Positions 57,260 through 64,000 of a stretch of 64,000 nt of DNA are shown in pieces (position 1 is the first letter of the stretch; the number at the start of each line of letters is the position of its first letter). The stretch is taken from the NCBI GenBank assembly GCA_041577295.1, contig JBFGJG010000023.1, positions 1 to 64,000 of the forward strand. Reading direction: 5' to 3'. Made by a program: the position numbers and the translations under genes. The notes beneath the pieces were generated by a model, which had not been told where the DNA came from, ran no database searches, and saw only the letters and a list, made by a program, of their open reading frames with translations. The DNA comes from Gemmatimonadales bacterium. Its GTDB lineage: Bacteria; Gemmatimonadota; Gemmatimonadetes; Gemmatimonadales; GWC2-71-9.

Positions 57260-59266
57260 CTAGGGAGCGGGGACCGGGGGACGGTTGGCTTGGGCACGCC
57301 AGGTTTCGAGGAACGACACCACCCCCTCGAGCAGACCGGTGGCGTATCGCTCCTGCCCGTCGGCACTGGTCAAGACCGCTTCTTGATCGGGGACCATGAT
57401 GAACAGGCCTTCGGTCAAGACTGATGGCATCCACGTCGGACGGGCCAGGGCGAGATCGCCGCGGCCCATTCCCAGGTCCCGAAACCCGAGCTGCCGCACC
57501 AGCGCGCGGTTGACGGCGCGAGCGAGTGGTGCGCTACGCGGATGGAAGTAGTAGACACTCGTGCCGCTGTTGATAAACGGGTTCATGCCGTCCGGAAGTG
57601 CGTTCGCGTGGATCGAGATCAGCAGATCGGCATCGGCCCGCTCGGCCAGGCGAATGCGTTCGACGAGACCGATGCTCGCACTGGTCTCACGCGTGAGGGT
57701 CACAGCCGCACCACGCGCGGCGAAGAGTTGCGCCGCGCGCTTAGCCACCGCCAGGACGACCTCGTGCTCAGGCACCCCCGTGGGGCCCCGCGCGCCACCC
57801 GGAGGGTGCCCTGGATCGAGGACGATGCGCATTCCCGCGAGAACGTTTCGTCGCTCGATGCGCGGCGGCCGCCGAAACTCGACCAACAGATTGCGCTCCT
57901 GCCATTGCGTCCGATAACCCCACACTGGATGCGACAGATGCACCGTAATGACCGCCTCGTCCTCCGTGCGTTGGGAGAATTCGATGAGCCGAACGAACGG
58001 ATCCGTGCCACCGTATTGGATCCAGTCCATGTCGATCGCTACACCGTAGAGCGTGATCTCAACTGTGCGCTCCCGTTCGTCCACCCGAAACGGAACGCGC
58101 GCCGGCAGCGGGATCCTCAACACGGCGGCGTGCTCGGTCGGGATGAGGCGCATGGAACGCGCAGTCCCGACGGGCGGTGGCGTCGTCGCCGGCAGTGGAT
58201 GCACGTCGCCCGCATCGACCCACGCGGCGCTGGTTGCCGAGAGCCGCAGCCGAACCTGACTGTTCCGGCGGCCGCTGGCACGCGCAAGCGTGCTAGTTGG
58301 AAAGAACCAGTGATAGGTGCCGAAGGGGCTCGCTCGCCCAGCGAGCGTGCTATCGGTGTTTCCAACTCCAGTCGGATCGTCGTCGACCACGACCACCGGA
58401 AGTCGCCGCGGATCGACGGCGCGCATCCGGAGTGGCCATCGCGCGCGCACCGTGTCACCCCCCTGGATCGCTTCCACTATCATCCAGCCTGAGGTGGTAT
58501 CCTGTGCCGTCGTCGGTGCGAACATCGTTCCCGGGTCGGGCCCGAGGGCACCAACCCACCACGCGAGGTAGCGGTCCGATCGGGGAGCGGTCCGCGACGG
58601 GCGCTCAGTCCCGAACGCCAACTCGCCCCACGATGGGGGTGTCGGCGCGGTGTCGGGGACGAACTCGACCACGCTATCGCCGATGATTCCGCGGACGCGG
58701 GCGCCCGGGGTCGCGCGCATGGAGAGGAGAACACCTTCGTCGGGTCGCACCCACCAATCACCGCTGGGGGCGAACGCGGTCGTGTCGATCCAGAGTGGTG
58801 CCCCACGCGGATCGAAGGCCGGGGTGAGCGCTGCGCGAAACTGGGCTCGATGTGTCGCGCCCTCTGCCCACGCAACCAGATCGAAGGTTGCTACCGTATC
58901 CGCGGCACGCACCTCGAGGGGGAGCCAGGCGATCCACCCACCCGTCGGATAGACCGGGACCGATTGCCCGTTGATGAACAACAACGCGTCACCTCTACCA
59001 ACCGTCCCAAACACGAAGACCGAATCCGTTCGAGGCATGAGGTAGGTCGAGTCGGTGTGCAAGAATGTTCCCGTTGCGGGTCCCGCCACCGGCTGCGACG
59101 GTGGATAAACGATCTGAATTCGGAGTGGTCCCGCTGCCACGGGTGGCGGCGCGGGTGCGCGAGGGGTTTCAGGGCGGGGGCCCGCGCCGCCACCGCCCCG
59201 CGCGCACGCGGTGAGGGCGGCTGCGGCGACGAACGCCAGCGTCCAGGAGCGGAATGACCAAGGCAC
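57260..59266 (-). CDS. N-acetylmuramoyl-L-alanine amidase (Amidase_3) lipoprotein
   Basis: LTAC lipobox; LDPGH, E, SIHANA and P..LTE zinc/catalytic motifs in the C-terminal domain. Confidence 0.92.
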   Translation of the reverse strand: MPWSFRSWTLAFVAAAALTACARGGGGAGPRPETPRAPAPPPVAAGPLRIQIVYPPSQPVAGPATGTFLHTDSTYLMPRTDSVFVFGTVGRGDALLFINGQSVPVYPTGGWIAWLPLEVRAADTVATFDLVAWAEGATHRAQFRAALTPAFDPRGAPLWIDTTAFAPSGDWWVRPDEGVLLSMRATPGARVRGIIGDSVVEFVPDTAPTPPSWGELAFGTERPSRTAPRSDRYLAWWVGALGPDPGTMFAPTTAQDTTSGWMIVEAIQGGDTVRARWPLRMRAVDPRRLPVVVVDDDPTGVGNTDSTLAGRASPFGTYHWFFPTSTLARASGRRNSQVRLRLSATSAAWVDAGDVHPLPATTPPPVGTARSMRLIPTEHAAVLRIPLPARVPFRVDERERTVEITLYGVAIDMDWIQYGGTDPFVRLIEFSQRTEDEAVITVHLSHPVWGYRTQWQERNLLVEFRRPPRIERRNVLAGMRIVLDPGHPPGGARGPTGVPEHEVVLAVAKRAAQLFAARGAAVTLTRETSASIGLVERIRLAERADADLLISIHANALPDGMNPFINSGTSVYYFHPRSAPLARAVNRALVRQLGFRDLGMGRGDLALARPTWMPSVLTEGLFIMVPDQEAVLTSADGQERYATGLLEGVVSFLETWRAQANRPPVPAP

Positions 59267-59274
59267 GGGCGCGG

Positions 59275-59343
59275 AAGCTACACAAAATCAACGAGCTACG
59301 TCAATTTCATTTGGTTGACCGTCATTTTTCGGAGGTATAGATT
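59275..59343. promoter_or_regulatory. Back-to-back divergent sigma70-type promoters
   Basis: Minus strand TTGACG-18-TAGCTT toward the amidase; plus strand TTGACC-17-TAGATT toward the FHA gene. Confidence 0.6.
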
Positions 59344-59385
59344 GGCTCACCGCCAACCGTTCTTTATTCGACACACGTCCGGCGA

Positions 59386-60396
59386 GTGAAAAGCTGTGCC
59401 CGTTGCGGGCGAAGCAACGACGACGCGTCGCGGTACTGCGACGATTGCGGGATGTCGCTCGGGGACGCGCGGAAGTCAGGAATTGCGATGACTGGTAGTG
59501 CTGTCGGTCAGGAACGCGGATCCCAGCCCGGGAAGTGCCCGTCGTGCGGTAACCTCGGAGTAGGTGGCTTGCCGTTCTGCCCAACGTGTGGCAAGCGGAT
59601 GGTGCGAGGCACGCCTCCCGATCCGGCGTGCCCACACTGTGGCACCCCCCGCGCGGTCGGCGCGACCTTCTGTCCAGCGTGTGGACGTCCACTCGATCCA
59701 GGTACGCCGGAACGCCCGCAAACGGTCGCGTTCTCCCAACCGAGCCTGCGCGTCCGCGCCAACATTGCCTTGCTCGATGAGGACGGGCAGGTGGTCGAAC
59801 GCCATGAATTGAAAGGTGAGGAAATCACCCTTGGGCGGGTGGGCGCGGATATCGAGTTTCCCGACGATCACTTCCTCTCGCCGCTCCATGCGCAGATCAC
59901 GGTCCGCGAGGACCGATTCTATGTGCGCGACCTGGGAAGCCGGAACGGGACGTGGCACTTCATCAAAGAGCCGTTTCGCCTCTCTGATGGAGACATGATC
60001 CTCATCGGATCGCAGATCCTGCGCTTCAAGCGTCTGGGATATCCCGGTCCCCACCCACCCGAAAGCGACGCCACACGGAGGATGGGGAGCCTGGTGCCCA
60101 GCGCCGATATCGCCAAAATCGTACAGCTGCGAAGTGATGGATCGGAGCGCGACGGCATTCATCTCTCGCCAGGTCGCAACGTCGTCGTCGGGCGCGACCG
60201 CGGTGACTGGAGCTTCCCCTACGATCCCTCAATGAGCGGTGCGCACGCGGAGATTCGCTCGGAAGATGCGGACTTCGTGATCGTGGACCTCGGGAGCCGG
60301 AACGGCGTGGGCGTTGCGGTGCGTGGTGAAGTCTTGCTGGGACCGGATTCACGGATCCTCGTGGGCGATAAGATGCTGCGTTTGGAGATCCCGTGA
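59386..60396 (+). CDS. Zinc-ribbon repeat protein with two FHA domains
   Basis: Six CxxC motifs; two FHA motif sets (GR, S..H, DLGSRNG). Confidence 0.9.
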   Translation: MKSCARCGRSNDDASRYCDDCGMSLGDARKSGIAMTGSAVGQERGSQPGKCPSCGNLGVGGLPFCPTCGKRMVRGTPPDPACPHCGTPRAVGATFCPACGRPLDPGTPERPQTVAFSQPSLRVRANIALLDEDGQVVERHELKGEEITLGRVGADIEFPDDHFLSPLHAQITVREDRFYVRDLGSRNGTWHFIKEPFRLSDGDMILIGSQILRFKRLGYPGPHPPESDATRRMGSLVPSADIAKIVQLRSDGSERDGIHLSPGRNVVVGRDRGDWSFPYDPSMSGAHAEIRSEDADFVIVDLGSRNGVGVAVRGEVLLGPDSRILVGDKMLRLEIP

Positions 60397-62102
60397 AGAT
60401 TTGCACGTCGTGCGGGGCGGAGTGGCCGGATAGCACCAACTACTGCCCGAACGACGGCGAGGGGCTCCGATCGGCCGAAGGAGACCTCGTGGGCAGTGTG
60501 TTGGCCGACAAGTATCGCATCGTCCGCAAACTCGGTGAAGGGGGGATGGGGGCGGTCTACCTGGGCGAGCACGTCAAGATCCATCGGTTCGACGCCATCA
60601 AGGTTTTGACCAAAGAGCTAGCACACAACGCCGACGCCGTCGCGCGGTTCAACCGTGAGGCGGCGAACGCCGCGCGCATCAACCACCCGAACGTCTGTGC
60701 CATTTACGACTTCGGGGAGACGGCCGAGGGACTGATCTTCCTGGCCATGGAGTACATCGAGGGCGAGACCCTAGCCTCGCTGTTGAAACGCGAGGGATGC
60801 CTTCCCCCGGCACGCGCGGCTGCCATCATCGCTCAGGCAGCCAGCGCCCTGCAGGCCGCGCACGACATGGGGATCGTGCATCGCGATCTCAAACCGGACA
60901 ATATGATGCTGGCCCGGGCGCGGGACGGGTCCGACCACGTGAAGGTGGTCGACTTTGGCATCGCAAAGGCCGTGGGCGGCACCGAGGAGGGTCAGAAGGT
61001 CACCAAAACCGGACTGGTTATCGGCACGCCAGAGTACATGAGCCCGGAGCAACTCTCTGGCGATGTGCTTGACGGCCGCAGCGACGTGTATTCGCTCGCC
61101 TTGGTATCGTATCGCGCGCTCACCGGTCGGTTGCCGTTCGAGGCTGACACCGCGCAGGAAGTGCTCATCGCACGTCTCACGGACGAACCCGCGCCACTCG
61201 CCGAGGCCGCCCCCCAGCTCGCCTCCGCTCCGCGCCTCCAAAGCGTATTCGATCGAGCACTGCAACGCATGCCGGGCGACCGCTATGGCACTGCGTCCGC
61301 CTTTGCCTCGGATTTGATGAATGCGACACGCCAGCTCCCCGCCGCCGCACGTCCAGCGTCCACCGACGCCGCGACCCAGCTGGTGGATACCGCAGCCGGT
61401 GAGGTGCTGCCGCCCACCCGCCTGTCACCCGCCAGCACGCCGGCTACCCCGCAACCGGTTCCGTCGACCCGACCATCCGATGCTGTCCGCCGACCTGCGC
61501 CGGCGCGCGACGGGGGGAAGAAACCGGCTCTCGTGGTCGCCGCGGTGATCGGCGCGGTGGCCGTCGTCGGCGGTGGAGCGGCAGTGGTGCTGACGGGCGG
61601 CGGGGATGCGGCGACGGAGCCGCAACCGGCCATCGGAAGCGTCGCCACCGCCGATTCGGCCGCGCCCCGCGCGCAGACAGGTACACAGGGACCGGACGTT
61701 CAACCGATCACGACCCCAGCGACCACGCCCGAACGCCGTGCAGTCGACCCCCCGCCGGCGGGCGGGACCGAGACTCGCACTGGCCAACCAACTCGGGACC
61801 CTGCCCCGACGGGCGTGCGAACGGTCGACCTCGCTGCGCTGTCGGCTGAGTTAGATGGAATGATCGAGCGGCTCGACAATGAGAGCACGAGAGCCGAGGC
61901 GATGAATCGCCTCGAGCGAGTCTACTCCGATACGAGCATTCCCGACTCGTTACGGGCAAGCGCTGCGTCGATGTTGGCGTTCGGCCATCAATCGCAGGGC
62001 GACCTCAACGCCGCATGTGATTGGGTGCGGCGCGCCGCGCAGCGCGCGCCGTCGAATCCCCAGTATGCGCGCATGCTCGAGCAGTTGAGGTGTGCAGCGT
62101 GA
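60393..62102 (+). CDS. Membrane Hanks-type Ser/Thr kinase with N-terminal zinc ribbon and TPR-like C-terminus
   Basis: CTSC/CPND; GEGGMGAVY, HRDLKPDN, DFG, GTPEYMSPE; TM helix; GTGA overlap with the upstream gene. Confidence 0.92.
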   Translation: MKICTSCGAEWPDSTNYCPNDGEGLRSAEGDLVGSVLADKYRIVRKLGEGGMGAVYLGEHVKIHRFDAIKVLTKELAHNADAVARFNREAANAARINHPNVCAIYDFGETAEGLIFLAMEYIEGETLASLLKREGCLPPARAAAIIAQAASALQAAHDMGIVHRDLKPDNMMLARARDGSDHVKVVDFGIAKAVGGTEEGQKVTKTGLVIGTPEYMSPEQLSGDVLDGRSDVYSLALVSYRALTGRLPFEADTAQEVLIARLTDEPAPLAEAAPQLASAPRLQSVFDRALQRMPGDRYGTASAFASDLMNATRQLPAAARPASTDAATQLVDTAAGEVLPPTRLSPASTPATPQPVPSTRPSDAVRRPAPARDGGKKPALVVAAVIGAVAVVGGGAAVVLTGGGDAATEPQPAIGSVATADSAAPRAQTGTQGPDVQPITTPATTPERRAVDPPPAGGTETRTGQPTRDPAPTGVRTVDLAALSAELDGMIERLDNESTRAEAMNRLERVYSDTSIPDSLRASAASMLAFGHQSQGDLNAACDWVRRAAQRAPSNPQYARMLEQLRCAA

Positions 62103-63133
62103 GCCTTTTTCGTTGGGCCCGGGAGTCGCGGATTCGCGTCTCGGTGTTCGGGAAGACCGACGTGGGGCGGACGCGCGACCACAACGAGGACACGTTCCTC
62201 GTCGCAGATCTCACCGCGCAAAAGGCGTCGCTCCAACCGGATGTGCGCGAACACGAGCTCGGACCAAAGGGATCGCTGTTCATCGTTGCCGACGGAATGG
62301 GGGGCGCCGCGGCCGGGGAGGTGGCCAGTGCCATGGCCGCGCAGAGCATCTACGAGCACATGGCCACGCAGTGGAGTCAGGACAACGACACGACCCCGCA
62401 GCGGTTTGCGTACCGCCTCAAGGAAGCGGTGGAGAACGCCAACACCAAGATTCACCATTACGCCAAGCAACACCCGGAGCTCAAAGGGATGGGGACCACG
62501 GCCACTGCTGCCGGGATCCTCGGCGACCATATCTACCTCAGCCAGGTTGGTGATTCGCGCGCCTATCTGGTGCGCAATGGCGAGGCGATTCAGTTGACAA
62601 AAGACCAATCGCTCATGCAACGGTTGGTCGATGCCGGTGAGCTGACTGAGGAAGAAGCGGAGCGCAGCGAACGGAAGAACATCATCCTCCAGGCCCTGGG
62701 ACCGGACGCCAACGTTCGGGTCGACCTCACCCATCAGCCCGTTCGCAAAGGCGACCTGCTCGTCATCTGCTCCGATGGCCTCTCCAACCAAATCAAGAAG
62801 GAAGAGATCGCGGAGCGCGTTCAGCAAGCCACGGACCTCGTGGCGGTCTGCAACGAGCTCGTCGAGATCGCCAACGAGCGTGGTGGACCGGACAACATCA
62901 CGGTGCTCGTTGCGCGGTTCACCGGCGACGGCCTGCGGGATTCCACAATCAACGAGTCCGTCGGTCATCAGGTCTATCCACTACACGAAGACGACTCCGT
63001 GACCGAACCCGTGCCGACGTACCCTGATACTGTCGAGATTCCGCCCGAGGACCGGCCCCGGATGGTCGTGGCGGGGGTCCTTTCTGTCGTGCTCGTCGCG
63101 GCCGCACTCGCGATCGCCGCCCTCGGGTGGTGA
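62099..63133 (+). CDS. PP2C-family (Stp1/PrpC-like) phosphatase with C-terminal TM helix
   Basis: TDVG..R..NED, VADGMGG, MGTT, VGDSR.Y, CSDGL, GG.DNIT; GTG overlaps the kinase stop. Confidence 0.93.
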   Translation: MSLFRWARESRIRVSVFGKTDVGRTRDHNEDTFLVADLTAQKASLQPDVREHELGPKGSLFIVADGMGGAAAGEVASAMAAQSIYEHMATQWSQDNDTTPQRFAYRLKEAVENANTKIHHYAKQHPELKGMGTTATAAGILGDHIYLSQVGDSRAYLVRNGEAIQLTKDQSLMQRLVDAGELTEEEAERSERKNIILQALGPDANVRVDLTHQPVRKGDLLVICSDGLSNQIKKEEIAERVQQATDLVAVCNELVEIANERGGPDNITVLVARFTGDGLRDSTINESVGHQVYPLHEDDSVTEPVPTYPDTVEIPPEDRPRMVVAGVLSVVLVAAALAIAALGW

Positions 63134-63143
63134 CGGGCTCGAT

Positions 63144-64000
63144 GTGAAGCCGCAGCTCCGGATCCTCTCGGGTGCACTCGCCGGTCGGATCTACGTCTTT
63201 TCGAAAACCGAGATCCAGATCGGCCGTCAATCGAGCTCAGACCTACAATTCGATCCCCAACGGGACCTCGAAGTCTCCGCGCAACACGGCGTGATCATCC
63301 GTCAGGGTAGCCAGTGGGTGGTGCGCGATCTCGAGAGCCGCAACGGTGTGTTCGTCAACGGCCACCGCATCAAAGGGAATACCCCCCTCCAGGACACCGA
63401 TCATCTTCGGTTCGGTGTCGACGGGCCAACCGTGGAGTTCCGGTTGGTCCCCGACAGCGTGCCCGACGGGATGGACGCGTCTGGTCCGCAGCCCGTCGTG
63501 CCGCGACCATCCCACGACGCAATCGCGGTCCCTACGCGTGAGCCGAGACGGGACAGCACGACGCAGCGGATACGCGTCGAGGTCGGCAAACGGACACGCC
63601 ACCTTCGCTACATCATCGCAGGGCTCGTGGGTCTTGTGCTGGTCGCGGTGGTGGTCATCTCGATCAGCGGGAGAGAGGCACGGCAGCGAGAGGCGGAACT
63701 TGCTGAGCTGCAAGCTCGCTCGGATAGCCTTCGACAGACCGCTGATCAGGCATTGGCCGCGCTCGAGGGTCGCGTCGCGGAGCTCGGCACGGCCCTGCGT
63801 GCCTCGCAAGCCCAGGTGGCCCAGCTGCAAGAGGAGATGCGACAAGCCCAGCAAACCGGAAACACGGGAGAAGTGGAGGCGCTACGCCAGCGGCTCACCG
63901 AAGTCACAGACGCCCTCCAGCATCAGCAAGCGGCCGCCAGCGTCGATTATGCCCGAATCGTCGAGGCCAACCAGCGCGCGGTTGCGATGCTGCTCGTCGA
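63144..64000 (+). CDS. FHA domain-TM-coiled-coil protein, truncated by window end (absent from ORF track)
   Basis: Hand translation from GTG 63144: IGR, VSAQH, DLESRNG FHA motifs; TM IIAGLVGLVLVAVVVISI; long heptad region; open to 64000. Confidence 0.88.
   Translation, partial: MKPQLRILSGALAGRIYVFSKTEIQIGRQSSSDLQFDPQRDLEVSAQHGVIIRQGSQWVVRDLESRNGVFVNGHRIKGNTPLQDTDHLRFGVDGPTVEFRLVPDSVPDGMDASGPQPVVPRPSHDAIAVPTREPRRDSTTQRIRVEVGKRTRHLRYIIAGLVGLVLVAVVVISISGREARQREAELAELQARSDSLRQTADQALAALEGRVAELGTALRASQAQVAQLQEEMRQAQQTGNTGEVEALRQRLTEVTDALQHQQAAASVDYARIVEANQRAVAMLLV

Overview
GC-rich bacterial chromosomal window. The gene set and order (ffs-dnaX-ybaB-recR-orf-mglB-mglA-pgsA-cinA-grpE-dnaJ, class II RNR, many lipoproteins, zinc-ribbon Hanks kinases) suggests a Gemmatimonadota-like organism, which is inference only. 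(1) 1-21.7 kb: dense, mostly + strand run of small accessory genes (HmuY, OsmC, 3 DinB, 3 VOC, 3 NTF2-like lipoproteins, 2 methyltransferases, DJ-1, YcaQ glycosylase, SDR, Tat-signal PLP enzyme, GAF-GGDEF cyclase, proteases) plus gdhA and a 55-aa basic ORF missed by the ORF track. (2) 21.9-33.9 kb: osmoprotectant ABC transporter, Kef-type antiporter, and a three-gene module (degenerate Hpt-REC-GGDEF-REC regulator, membrane HEAT protein, processive GT2 synthase) behind a structured 710-bp intergenic region. (3) 33.9-55.1 kb: minus-strand housekeeping block with SRP RNA and an MglAB module carrying an MglA insertion and an extra membrane micro-gene. (4) 55.1-64 kb: Ser/Thr kinase-FHA-PP2C cluster around a peptidoglycan amidase. 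Best candidates for undescribed systems: the predicted c-di-GMP receptor/HEAT/GT2 module, the modified Mgl polarity module, and the zinc-ribbon kinase/FHA envelope-signalling cluster. No CRISPR array, rRNA, complete tRNA, transposase or integrase was seen. All family calls come from motif recognition by eye; no searches were run.
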